DNA of 46,250 nt from Candidatus Woesearchaeota archaeon (GCA_016235495.1 JACRKH010000025.1:1-46250); one strand, 5' to 3'. Counted from the stretch's first letter, positions 26,736-36,101 are shown. The notes: generated by a model not told the origin, from the letters alone. A program made the numbers and translations.

Positions 26736-27325
26736 AAAAACAGGAAGAAAATAAAAGATTTTTTGGAAATTGGGCAGCTACCTACGATTTTTCATTATTT
26801 CAGTGGTGGATGAGAGGATTCTGGAGGGAACTAAAAAAGAGCCTTATACTTTCGAAAGAAACAAAACTATTAGATATCAGCTGTGGAACAGGAGAGCTAT
26901 TAAAAGAGCTCCAAGGAAAAGCTCATCTCACAGGGCTTGATTTTTCAGAGGAAATGCTTGAAAAAGCAAGAAAAAAACTAGCAAAAGGTGTTGAACTAAA
27001 GCAAGCTGATGTACATGAACTTCCCTTCAAAGAAGACACATTTGATATAGTTATAAGCACAGAAGCCTTTCACCATTACTATGACCAGGAAAAAGCAATA
27101 AAAGAAATGATGAGGGTGACCAAAAAAGGAGGAAAAGTGATGATCTCAGATATTAATTTTTTCTCTAAAGCCCTTCACTATCTCTTTGAAAAACTTGAAC
27201 CAGGATGTGTAAAAGTAAATTCGAAAAAAGAAATGCACGGCCTTTTTAAGAAAGCAGGTTTAAAGAACATCACACAAAAAAGATCCTTCATTTTTGCAGT
27301 GCTCACCATTGGAGAAAAATCTTAG
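26717..27325 (+). CDS. class I SAM-dependent methyltransferase (Methyltransf_11-like)
   Basis: LLDISCGTGELL (motif I), TGLDFSEEML and FDIVISTEAFHH are typical UbiE/type-11 methyltransferase blocks. Confidence 0.8.
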   Translation: MDKHQIKKQEENKRFFGNWAATYDFSLFQWWMRGFWRELKKSLILSKETKLLDISCGTGELLKELQGKAHLTGLDFSEEMLEKARKKLAKGVELKQADVHELPFKEDTFDIVISTEAFHHYYDQEKAIKEMMRVTKKGGKVMISDINFFSKALHYLFEKLEPGCVKVNSKKEMHGLFKKAGLKNITQKRSFIFAVLTIGEKS

Positions 27326-27876
27326 CTATCTATTCGAAGCCGAGGCCATAATTTCTTCCATTTTTTCATCTTCATTCTTTCCTTATAGTCTGCAAGCGCT
27401 TCAGCTTGCTGAGAACTCGGACCTACATGAAAAGTAAATAAATCCTTCAAGCCATAAGGGGCGCAAATAGTCAAAGAATCATCCTTCTCTAATCGCACAC
27501 CGACACAGGTAGGCACTTCAATAAAACTTGCTATCCCCATGCAAGCACTTTGTATTCCTTTTTTTGCAGGATAATACTCATGAATAAATGCTTGATTCAC
27601 CACTTCAAAAGTCTGTGAAGGATGCAATGCATGTAATCTCTTTTCAACAGCTTTGTCATTAATTTTTTTCCTCGCATCAAAATACACAACATCAATATCA
27701 TTTAAAGGATGTCTTTGCTCATAACCAGAAAGCACATCCCACACAGTATTTCGAATCACCCCTGCAGCAAGATACCAGTCTGGTAAATCCAGTTCACGAA
27801 CAGAACGAAGAATATCTATAAGCCATTTTTCTTGAAGAATAATTTTCTTTAAAGCCTTGTTATAATCTTTCTCCAT
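27322..27876 (-). CDS. nucleotidyltransferase family protein (NTP_transf_6-like)
   Basis: WYLAAGVIRNTVWD ... NDIDVVYFD resembles PF06042-type nucleotidyltransferases. It abuts the gatE-like stop with no spacer. Confidence 0.55.
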   Translation of the reverse strand: MEKDYNKALKKIILQEKWLIDILRSVRELDLPDWYLAAGVIRNTVWDVLSGYEQRHPLNDIDVVYFDARKKINDKAVEKRLHALHPSQTFEVVNQAFIHEYYPAKKGIQSACMGIASFIEVPTCVGVRLEKDDSLTICAPYGLKDLFTFHVGPSSQQAEALADYKERMKMKKWKKLWPRLRIDS

Positions 27877-29289
27877 TTAACTCAGCTTCTTCAAAAGCTC
27901 CATAACCTTTTTTCCATCAACTTTCCCACGAAGCTGTTTCATTGCTTCTCCCATAAGAGCATTGAGAGGAGCGCCTTTATTTTCATGAATAATTTTTTTA
28001 ATAACTTTCTCAACTTCATCCTCATCAACAGGAGCATATTTCTGCAAATCAATCTTTTCTTTTTTCAATAAAGAAACGAGAATATCGAGGACAGCTTCCT
28101 TAGCAATTTTCTTCTCAGTTAAAAGCCCAAAAACCATATCAAAATCTTTTTCATGCAGCACACCTTCAAGACCAAATCTAGCCTGGATTTCTTTAGGCAT
28201 ACTTACGAGACACTGCACAATAAAAGAAGCATCCAGTAAAGGATATTTTCTTAAAAACAACTCAAATGCAACATCCTCTCGAACAAGCATTCTTGCAAGA
28301 TCACTATTCAGCCCATACTCTCTTTCAAAACGAAGAGCTTTTTCATCCAACAATTCAGGAAGGACTATACTTTGTACTAATTCTTTACTTAAAATAATCA
28401 AAGGGACATCTGTCTCAGGGTACATCCGTGCTGCACCAGGCATAGGTCGCAAATAATCAGAGCTTCCATCAGCATTCACCTTTCGTACATGTGCAATCCC
28501 TTTCTTGCCTTCACCCTGCTGTCTCTTCACTTCTTCATCAATAACTTTTGGCATGTATCGTAATTCTTGAAAGCCCTTCAGCTCCACACGAGGATGCCCA
28601 GTAATCGAAAGGTTCACATCCTGTCGAATTGTCCCTAATCCCCTCTTCACTTTCCCAGTGCTTCGTAGAATCATCCCTAAAAGAGCAGCAGTCTCCTTTG
28701 CATGCTCTGGGTCTTGAATACTCGCATCAGTCGCAATTTCAACAAGTGCAACACCAAGTCTATCTAATCGAAAACGAACACTATCTTCTTTTGCTTCAAT
28801 CTTTTTTGCAGCTTCTTCTTCCAGACACACACTAGAAACAGCAACTTTCCCTAGAGAAGTCTCTACATAGCCATCTACTGCAATTAACGCGGTTCGTTGA
28901 AAACCAGAAACATTGCTTCCATCAACCACAGTCTTTCGCATGAAATGCACTTCACTCACAGGCTTCGCATGCAAAAGCAAGGCAACCTCTAAAGCAATCT
29001 TCAATGCATCATGATTCACAGGATGTGGCGGCTCTTCATCAAACTCAACTAAACAAGAAGAACTCGGGCAGGCTTCATACTGAAAAGTTTTTCCTTTTTC
29101 CATCTCATAGGCAGCAGCTTTATCAACAACACCAGTCTCTCCTGCAGCAGCACGTAACTTTCTTTCAAAGAAAATTGTAGGCTCATGCTCATCATTCACT
29201 AAAGAAGGGCACTGGCAGAATAATTTATGGCTTTCTATCTGTTGGTGTGCCTCCAACCCACATTTAAAACCTAAGTCTTTGTAATTCAT
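27877..29289 (-). CDS. gatE: GatE-like Glu-tRNA(Gln) amidotransferase subunit (GatB/GatE family), short form of 470 aa
   Basis: GLEAHQQI..HKLFCQCP, CLVEFDEEPPH and MRKTVVDGSNVSGFQRT are GatE-like blocks. The C-terminal GatB/YqeY-type tail is LNALMGEAMKQLRGKVDGKKV. Confidence 0.75.
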   Translation of the reverse strand: MNYKDLGFKCGLEAHQQIESHKLFCQCPSLVNDEHEPTIFFERKLRAAAGETGVVDKAAAYEMEKGKTFQYEACPSSSCLVEFDEEPPHPVNHDALKIALEVALLLHAKPVSEVHFMRKTVVDGSNVSGFQRTALIAVDGYVETSLGKVAVSSVCLEEEAAKKIEAKEDSVRFRLDRLGVALVEIATDASIQDPEHAKETAALLGMILRSTGKVKRGLGTIRQDVNLSITGHPRVELKGFQELRYMPKVIDEEVKRQQGEGKKGIAHVRKVNADGSSDYLRPMPGAARMYPETDVPLIILSKELVQSIVLPELLDEKALRFEREYGLNSDLARMLVREDVAFELFLRKYPLLDASFIVQCLVSMPKEIQARFGLEGVLHEKDFDMVFGLLTEKKIAKEAVLDILVSLLKKEKIDLQKYAPVDEDEVEKVIKKIIHENKGAPLNALMGEAMKQLRGKVDGKKVMELLKKLS

Positions 29290-29328
29290 AAAGAAAAAGA
29301 AGAGGAATTGCTTTAAATATCTTATGCC

Positions 29329-30150
29329 TCACATCATCCATTTCTTACTATGTGCCTCTTTTCCAAGAAAAGAAAGAACATTTTCTTGATACAAAGCACG
29401 TGAAGGATATTTTTCAGCAAGAGCAAGATACTTTTTTTGTACTTGAGCAATATTTTCTAACTTTCCTCCCTTCAAAAACTGAAACACCGAAGGATTTCGA
29501 ATCGCTGCACGGCCGATCATAACTTCCTTCACACCTAAACTTTTAAAAAAAGCTAAATCTTCTTGAGTGTTGATATCACCATTAGGAATAATATGTTTTC
29601 CAGTATCTAAGCATGCTTCAAACACAGACCAATCTGCCTTCTCAGAAGACTTCTGTCGTGCATGTCGTGCATGAATAATAAAAGCATCCGCATCTACTTC
29701 TTTGAGGAGAGAAAGATACACTCTTTTTTCTTTTTCAAATTCATTCAATCCCAAACGAATCTTCACAGAAACAGGATAGCCTAATTTTTGCAGAATCTTC
29801 ACCAGCTCCTGTACACGAGCAGTTCTTTTCACAAGAGCAGCTCCACCACCCTGGACAATAACATCTGGACTAGGACAGCCTAAATTCAAATTAAAACAAA
29901 CAGGATCAATAGAATAAGAAGCAAATTTTTTCACAAACTCCTCTACTATTTTTGGTTTTACTGCAAGAAGCTGTATGCCAGTAGGAGTATTATTTTTCAA
30001 ATCTAACAAAGAAAGACTAGATTTATTTCCTTTAACCAAAGAATCAACTCGAATCATCTCAGTAAATGTCAAATCAGCACCATATTGATAACAAAGTGTA
30101 CGAAAAGCACAGTCACTCACTCCTTCCAATGGTGCAAGCCAGAGTTTCAT
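29329..30150 (-). CDS. dus: tRNA-dihydrouridine synthase (Dus family)
   Basis: LAPLEGVSDCAFRTLCYQYGADLTFTEMI and LNLGCP are Dus signatures. The ATG at 30150 is preferred over the listed TTG at 30162. Confidence 0.8.
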   Translation of the reverse strand: MKLWLAPLEGVSDCAFRTLCYQYGADLTFTEMIRVDSLVKGNKSSLSLLDLKNNTPTGIQLLAVKPKIVEEFVKKFASYSIDPVCFNLNLGCPSPDVIVQGGGAALVKRTARVQELVKILQKLGYPVSVKIRLGLNEFEKEKRVYLSLLKEVDADAFIIHARHARQKSSEKADWSVFEACLDTGKHIIPNGDINTQEDLAFFKSLGVKEVMIGRAAIRNPSVFQFLKGGKLENIAQVQKKYLALAEKYPSRALYQENVLSFLGKEAHSKKWMM

Positions 30151-30243
30151 ATTGAAAAACAAAGAAGGAGAGATTAAATACCTTACTGCTCTAATCTTTT
30201 AAAAAACAACAGCCTTATAAAGCACCTAAATCTCAAAAATTAG

Positions 30244-32001
30244 ATGGGAAAGAGCTTCCTCCCGACCTCGTGGAACGAAGGAGCAAAATACTACAGAAAT
30301 TTTTCTGGCTTCGACGTAGTTTTCATTAGTGGCGACCCCTATTATGATCATCCTTTGAATGGAACTGCAATCATCGCTCGTCTTCTCGATAGCAAAGGCT
30401 ACAGAGTTGCAATCATTCCTCAGCCAAGAGAAGACAAAGAATACCAATCATGTGGGAAGCCCAGATATTTCTTCTGCATTTCTTCTGGATTGCTTGATTC
30501 CATGCTTGCAAACTACACACCTATGCTGAGAAAAAGAGAAAATGTGCTTGTCCCAGAAAGAGCATTAATGGTCTACACCCAGAAAATAAAATCATTCTAC
30601 AAAGGAGCAATGACAGTGCTTGGAGGAGTCGAAGCAACATTACGCAGATTCACCCAGTTTGACTATAGAACCAATGAACTCAGACGAGGAATACTCAATG
30701 ACACAAAGGCAGATATTCTCATCTTTGGCAATGCTGACCGAGCAATTCTCACACTTCTTGAAAGGATGAAAAAAGCAGAAAGAAAAGAAAAAGGAACAGA
30801 CTTTGAAAAAGTAAAAGAAAATCTTAAGCTCAAAAGCATTGATGGCATTGCATTTCGAATAAGAAAAGAAGAAATTGATAAGAATATAAGACTGCTTCCA
30901 AGCTATGAAGACTGTATCAAGGATAAAAAGAATTTTTCATTATTAACGAGAATGCATTACCTCCTTCCAGATGCGGCTTTCATTGAGCCCTGCGGATTAG
31001 GTTTTATACAATACAACAGAGCAACGCATACTTTGCAAGAAAAAGAATTAGACTTTATCTATGAATTACCCTTTACAAGAGAACTCCATCCCAATACGAA
31101 GAACAAACTCTTCAACGAACAAATGCTTGCAAAGCTCGACACATCAGTCATTATAGGAAGAGGCTGCTGGGGTTCATGTACATTTTGTGTCATTCCTCTC
31201 GTTCAAGGCAAAGAAGTTGCAAAGAGAAGCAAGGAAAGCATTCTTCGTGAGATAGAAGCACTCTACGCACAGGGAAAGCAAAAAATTAACGACCTTACTT
31301 TACCAACTCTCAACATGTACGGCTCCTACTGTTCATTATACGACGAAGAAGAACAAATATACTCCCCAATTATTGAGAAAGAAATAACAGTAAAAAACAA
31401 AACAAAATATTGCAACCAGCAATGCGTAGGCTGCAAATACAGAAAAATCAGTAACGACCTTGTTCCTATCCTCGAAGGAGTAGAAAAACTGCAGAATAAA
31501 TACAAAAATACCAAGCTAGAATTAAGAAGTGCAATTCGTCATGATATTATTCTAGACCAAAAAGAAATGTTCAGAAAAATGATGAAATTCATAACCAGAC
31601 TAAAGATTGCTCCCGAGCATATCTCAACAAACATACTCAAGCAGATGAATAAATCCAATCCAGGAGCATTTCAAGAATTTTTAGCCTTCTACAAACAAGT
31701 GAGCAAAGAACAAAAAAGTAACAAACATCTTGTTCCCTATTTCATTGCAGCACATCCAGGAACAACAAAAGAGGATATGCAAGACTTAAAAGAATTCTGT
31801 AATGTAAATGATCTTTATGTGAATCTTACACAAGTTTTCACACCAACACCAGGAACAGCAGCAACAGCAATGTATTACACTGAAGAAAATCCTTTAACAA
31901 AAGAAAAAGTTTATGTGCCAAGAACATTCAGAGAAAAGAAAGATCAAAAGAATATACTTCTAGAAACAGAATCAGAAGATTTCAGCGACGAGAACGCATA
32001 G
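30244..32001 (+). CDS. YgiQ-family (UPF0313) radical SAM protein
   Basis: 585 aa. The N-terminal DVVFISGDPYYDHP is the YgiQ N-domain. The radical SAM cluster is GRGCWGSCTFC (CxxxCxxC). Confidence 0.8.
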   Translation: MGKSFLPTSWNEGAKYYRNFSGFDVVFISGDPYYDHPLNGTAIIARLLDSKGYRVAIIPQPREDKEYQSCGKPRYFFCISSGLLDSMLANYTPMLRKRENVLVPERALMVYTQKIKSFYKGAMTVLGGVEATLRRFTQFDYRTNELRRGILNDTKADILIFGNADRAILTLLERMKKAERKEKGTDFEKVKENLKLKSIDGIAFRIRKEEIDKNIRLLPSYEDCIKDKKNFSLLTRMHYLLPDAAFIEPCGLGFIQYNRATHTLQEKELDFIYELPFTRELHPNTKNKLFNEQMLAKLDTSVIIGRGCWGSCTFCVIPLVQGKEVAKRSKESILREIEALYAQGKQKINDLTLPTLNMYGSYCSLYDEEEQIYSPIIEKEITVKNKTKYCNQQCVGCKYRKISNDLVPILEGVEKLQNKYKNTKLELRSAIRHDIILDQKEMFRKMMKFITRLKIAPEHISTNILKQMNKSNPGAFQEFLAFYKQVSKEQKSNKHLVPYFIAAHPGTTKEDMQDLKEFCNVNDLYVNLTQVFTPTPGTAATAMYYTEENPLTKEKVYVPRTFREKKDQKNILLETESEDFSDENA

Positions 32002-32359
32002 TTCCAAAAATTCCTGCTTTTTCTCTCACATGCACCCTTTTTCCCAGATGCAAACCCCTCTCTGAAAGCTCATGCTCCACAGCAAGATACCGAAGATGAA
32101 CACTATTCTCCAGATTTTGAACTTGAAAAGCTTCTCTAAAATCACAATAATGATCCTCACTGGAGTAGCGAAGTTTTTTTCCACTTTCTGGATCTTGTAA
32201 ATAAACCCTTCTTCGCAAGGTAAAAAAAGGCGACTCAGGAAAATCATGAAAATAACTATCGACAACAAGAACATTTAGTCTAGGATCAGAAGCATCTCTA
32301 CCATTAATAAATTCATCCAAATTCCTAGGAATGCCAAAAAGCTTGTAAAGGAGAGTCAT
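31982..32359 (-). CDS. hypothetical protein (125 aa)
   Basis: ORF only, with no motif. 20-nt convergent overlap with the radical SAM gene. Confidence 0.35.
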   Translation of the reverse strand: MTLLYKLFGIPRNLDEFINGRDASDPRLNVLVVDSYFHDFPESPFFTLRRRVYLQDPESGKKLRYSSEDHYCDFREAFQVQNLENSVHLRYLAVEHELSERGLHLGKRVHVREKAGIFGTMRSRR

Positions 32360-32389
32360 AATGATAAGAAAAAATTTTATTTTAAATAC

Positions 32390-33118
32390 TTATCGAAACA
32401 AACGTTGATAGTTTGCAAATATAGAGTTTTCAACCTCTTTTTCATCCATCCCTTTTACTTCAGCAATTTTTTGAATAGTCAAAGGGATATACTTTGGTTC
32501 ATTTCTTTCTCCTTTTATCGGCGAAAGAAAAGGTGCATCGGTTTCAGTTAGCAATTTAGTAATAGAAGCTCTCTTCACCAGCTCCTGAAAATGCAGACTG
32601 TGCACAATAATACCAGGGATAGAAAAAAAATAACCAAGCTTCTCAGCCCTATCAACCAATTTTAATTTCCCAGAAAAACAATGTAAAATAACCTTCTTCG
32701 CATGCATGTCCTCAAGCACATCAAGGACTTCCTTCTCTGCTTTTCGTGAATGAACGATCATAGGTAAATCAAGTTCTAAAGCCAAAGAAATAAATTTCTT
32801 AAAGGCATCAATTTGCTTTTCAGGATGCGCATACAAAAAATCCAGTCCTATTTCGCCTATTGCAAAAGGCTTATGTTTTCGTATCCATGCTATTTCCTCA
32901 TCCACTTCTTTTACAGGCAAATTCCAAGTCTGATCAGGATGCAAGCCAAACGCTTTTTTCACCAAAGGATATTTTTTACTTAAATCAAGAGTCGCTCTGT
33001 TATCCGCAGCACTATAGCCATTGTTAATCAAAGCTATACAGCCAGATTCCAGAATAACTCTCTCTCTATCAGCATCAAATTCCTTTGCAGTCACATGGGT
33101 ATGTACATCGACAAACAT
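32390..33118 (-). CDS. tatD: TatD-family metal-dependent hydrolase/DNase
   Basis: MFVDVHTHV (the HxH at the N-terminus), IGEIGLDF, VHSRKA, ILHCFSG and ETDAPFL are TatD blocks. The start was moved to 33118 so the protein begins at the conserved DxHxH strand. Confidence 0.85.
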   Translation of the reverse strand: MFVDVHTHVTAKEFDADRERVILESGCIALINNGYSAADNRATLDLSKKYPLVKKAFGLHPDQTWNLPVKEVDEEIAWIRKHKPFAIGEIGLDFLYAHPEKQIDAFKKFISLALELDLPMIVHSRKAEKEVLDVLEDMHAKKVILHCFSGKLKLVDRAEKLGYFFSIPGIIVHSLHFQELVKRASITKLLTETDAPFLSPIKGERNEPKYIPLTIQKIAEVKGMDEKEVENSIFANYQRLFR

Positions 33119-33140
33119 AAGAAAAAGAAGAAAAGCAAGC

Positions 33141-33150
33141 CTTATAAATC
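33141..33150. promoter_or_regulatory. single TATA-like box midway between divergent tatD (ATG 33118) and the SPOUT methyltransferase (ATG 33171)
   Basis: CTTATAAATC is centred about 26-27 nt from both start codons. Confidence 0.45.
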
Positions 33151-33170
33151 TTTTCTCATACAATTTCAGC

Positions 33171-33839
33171 ATGGATATCATCGCACAGGAATTCAAGACT
33201 CCAGGAAATATAGGTGCCATAGCAAGAGCCATGAAAAACTTTGGCTTCACTCAATTAATACTCTTAAATCCAAAATGTGACCACCTCTGCAAAGAAGCGA
33301 GAGATCGTGCAAGTCATGCAGAAGATATCCTTAGAGATGCAAAAGTAGTTTCTGAACTAAAATATGATACCTTAATTGGCACCACAGCAATCTTAGGCAC
33401 AGACTACAACCTCAGAAGAAATCCTATCTTCCCAGAAACACTGGGAAAAATGCAAATCAAAGGAAAAGTTGGTCTCATCATAGGCAGAGAAAATGATGGG
33501 ATGCACAACGAAGAGCTGGAAGCCTGTGATATCCTTGTAACTATTCCCGTAACAAAGAAATATCCTACAATGAATGCCTCACACGCTGCAGCAGTCATCA
33601 TGTATGAAGTCTTCAAACATTCAAAAGAAGAAAAGATTGGAGAAAAAATAAAAGGAGCAACAAAAGAAGATAAAGAACGCCTGGAAAAACTCTTTGAAGA
33701 AAAAATGAACATTCTTCCCTTCAATACAGAACAAAAAAAACAAACACAGCGTTTGGTCTGGAAAAAATTAATAGGAAAAAGCCAGCTCACAAAAAGGGAG
33801 CTTATGGCCATTTATGGCTTTATGAAAAAAATAAAATGA
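33171..33839 (+). CDS. SPOUT-class RNA 2'-O-methyltransferase, TrmJ/TrmH-like
   Basis: PGNIGAIARAMKNFGF, LIIGRENDG and the C-terminal PTMNASHAAAVIMYE are SpoU/TrmJ motifs. The start was set to ATG 33171 (MDIIAQEF); the listed 33021 start overlaps tatD. Confidence 0.7.
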   Translation: MDIIAQEFKTPGNIGAIARAMKNFGFTQLILLNPKCDHLCKEARDRASHAEDILRDAKVVSELKYDTLIGTTAILGTDYNLRRNPIFPETLGKMQIKGKVGLIIGRENDGMHNEELEACDILVTIPVTKKYPTMNASHAAAVIMYEVFKHSKEEKIGEKIKGATKEDKERLEKLFEEKMNILPFNTEQKKQTQRLVWKKLIGKSQLTKRELMAIYGFMKKIK

Positions 33840-34807
33840 TCTACGAGCTTTCTGGAGATAACATTGACCTTGCAAAGGCAGAAGTGCTCGCATTAAACAA
33901 AGCAAAAAAATACAAAATCTACAAAAACATTCTCATTTGCAAAGGAAAATGTGATTACACACGTTTAGCATATACCAATTTAGTTCTAGAAGAGATATTC
34001 ATAGACACAAAGATACCAAATATCAACTGGGATAAATACTATAAAGATAATTTTTGCATACGATCAAACATCACTGCAAAGGAAAGAGAAATTGCTCCTA
34101 TCATCTGGAACGCACTAAAACACCCAAAGGTGCAGCTCAACCACTCCAGCACAGAACTCTGGTTTTATTTTATTGACAAAGACATTATCTGCGGAAAAAA
34201 AGTCTACCAAAGAGAAGAAAAATTCCAGAAGCGCCGGCCAGACATTCGGCCAGGATTTTTTCCCATATCTTTAAAGCCAAAACTTGCACGAGCATTAGTA
34301 AACCTTTCAGGTGTCAACAAAGGAACAATATGGGATCCATTTTGTGGGACTGGTGGCATTCTTCTAGAAGCATCTTTAATGGGTTTGAAAATCATAGGCA
34401 CAGATATTGATCCATTAATGATTCGTGCAGCCAAACAAAACTTTGAGCACTACAAAATCAAAGCAAAGGTCTACAAAGCAGATGCACGAGAAGAAATAAT
34501 AAAATGCAAAGCTATTGTCACTGATCCGCCGTATGGAAGAAGAGCATCCACAAATAAAGTAATTATTAAAAAGCTCTATGAAGAATTTCTTGCACATGTC
34601 TATCCTTTTGTCGATATAGTAGTGCTCATGTCACCAAATGATCTCAAAATAAAAACAAAATATAAACTGGTGCATATTACAGATGACTTCGTGCATGGAA
34701 GTCTCACCAGAAGAATTTATGTTCTAAAAAAGAAGGAGAATCCCATGCCCAATCCACAACAAGAACTTATACAACCAAGGAAGCATGTTAATCACAATCA
34801 ATGCTAA
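33836..34807 (+). CDS. THUMP-domain tRNA N2-guanine methyltransferase (Trm11 / Trm-G10-like)
   Basis: DPFCGTGGILLEA (SAM motif I) and TDPPYG (N-methyltransferase motif IV), preceded by a THUMP-sized N-terminal domain. Confidence 0.75.
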   Translation: MIYELSGDNIDLAKAEVLALNKAKKYKIYKNILICKGKCDYTRLAYTNLVLEEIFIDTKIPNINWDKYYKDNFCIRSNITAKEREIAPIIWNALKHPKVQLNHSSTELWFYFIDKDIICGKKVYQREEKFQKRRPDIRPGFFPISLKPKLARALVNLSGVNKGTIWDPFCGTGGILLEASLMGLKIIGTDIDPLMIRAAKQNFEHYKIKAKVYKADAREEIIKCKAIVTDPPYGRRASTNKVIIKKLYEEFLAHVYPFVDIVVLMSPNDLKIKTKYKLVHITDDFVHGSLTRRIYVLKKKENPMPNPQQELIQPRKHVNHNQC

Positions 34808-35908
34808 ACTAAAAGCACTAACTATATACAACGCTCTCTTCGCATAAGATTCATTCTTCAGCGTCACAAGCGCAAGCGTATAAAACATTCTTCCTCCATC
34901 CACAGGCCCTAAAGGCAAAAGATTAAACAACCCAATGCCCACATTAATGAGGAACAGCCATAACAGCAAAAGAGACAGCCAGTCAAACACACCTTTCAAA
35001 GAATCCCAGAATGCAGATCTCGCTTTCACTTTTTGTTCAAACCCACTCACCCCGATAAAAGCACGTGAAGCATCTTGAGGATTAACAGCAGAGACAACAG
35101 TATAACTTCCTTTATTCGTGCCTAAAGTAACAGTATCCCCAGGATGAATCCCTCCAATAGCACTATCAACAGCAGCAGCAGTCAAAGTTTCCTGCCCATT
35201 CACAGAAAGGATTGTAAAAGGAACTGCAATACCAGTAGCATTCATAGGATATCCATCAACAAGAGCATGTACGATAACACCATCACCTTGATACAAAGTT
35301 CCTACCAGAGGAGAGAAAACAAAAAGAGTAAAAAGCAAAATAACTGCTCCTAAAACCATATTAGAAAAAGGTCCGGCAGCAAAAACCGCAAGCTGTTCCG
35401 AAGCTTTTTTCTTCTCTGTTACCTTCTCATCAGGCTCAACAAAAGCAGCAAGCAATGGCCCAAAGAATGCAAAGCCAGAGCTCTTAATAGGAATCTTATG
35501 CAGGCGCGCAACAACACCATGAGAAAATTCGTGAATCACAGCAGCAGCAAAAATAGCAATCAGCCAATGCCAGAAAGTGAGTACAGGTGCTCCAGGAATC
35601 TGCACTCCAGGCAGCACAGGTGCTAATGCAGGTTCTGTTCCTGCAACAAAAATAAGTTTGATAGTTTCTTTCGTCAGAAAATAAAGAAGATAAGCCATAC
35701 CCCCGAAGCCCAAGTAGACTCCTAAGAGGGAAAAATAATGCAAAAATTGAGGAAAGGGTTTTGCCAGCCTGTCCATAAGCTTCAATCCCCATTTTGTTTT
35801 GTACATAACTAACAAACCTTGTGTTTCAAATCTTTTTTTATACAAAGAATAAACACTAAGAAGAATAAGATAAAAGAATACAATCGAGAGTATATCCCAG
35901 TTCACCAT
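34724..35908 (-). CDS. site-2 protease family (M50) membrane metalloprotease with an internal PDZ-like domain
   Basis: HEFSHG (HExxH), the downstream NLLPLGPVDGGR motif, and multiple TM helices. Confidence 0.8.
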   Translation of the reverse strand: MVNWDILSIVFFYLILLSVYSLYKKRFETQGLLVMYKTKWGLKLMDRLAKPFPQFLHYFSLLGVYLGFGGMAYLLYFLTKETIKLIFVAGTEPALAPVLPGVQIPGAPVLTFWHWLIAIFAAAVIHEFSHGVVARLHKIPIKSSGFAFFGPLLAAFVEPDEKVTEKKKASEQLAVFAAGPFSNMVLGAVILLFTLFVFSPLVGTLYQGDGVIVHALVDGYPMNATGIAVPFTILSVNGQETLTAAAVDSAIGGIHPGDTVTLGTNKGSYTVVSAVNPQDASRAFIGVSGFEQKVKARSAFWDSLKGVFDWLSLLLLWLFLINVGIGLFNLLPLGPVDGGRMFYTLALVTLKNESYAKRALYIVSAFSLALIVINMLPWLYKFLLWIGHGILLLF

Positions 35909-35930
35909 CTTTTCAATGAAAATAAACTAT

Positions 35931-36101
35931 TTAACCTTTGCTCTTGCTCTTAATGACACGGAAAGCCTTTCCATTGCACTTTCTGCACTTCACACTCCCG
36001 GCTATAACGCGGGAGATATCTGTTCGCACCTTCTGCTTGCACTTCTTGCAAACAAAGACCCTGCGGAACAATCGATTTATTGTTGCTTCAAATTTTGCCA
36101 T
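35931..36101 (-). CDS. rpl40e: ribosomal protein L40e (eL40), 56 aa; too short for the supplied ORF track
   Basis: My translation is MAKFEATINRLFRRVFVCKKCKQKVRTDISRVIAGSVKCRKCNGKAFRVIKSKSKG. It has a CxxC...CxxC zinc ribbon and a basic L40e-like layout. It starts 5 nt after the eIF5A stop. Confidence 0.7.
   Translation of the reverse strand: MAKFEATINRLFRRVFVCKKCKQKVRTDISRVIAGSVKCRKCNGKAFRVIKSKSKG

Noticed and set aside
33021-33250. An apparent 230-nt head-to-head overlap of the listed tatD ORF (to 33250) and the SPOUT methyltransferase ORF (from 33021).
   Set aside because: Both N-terminal extensions are non-conserved hydrophobic sequence. The conserved domains begin at Met 33118 (MFVDVHTHV) and Met 33171 (MDIIAQEF), each about 26 nt from the central TATA-like box.
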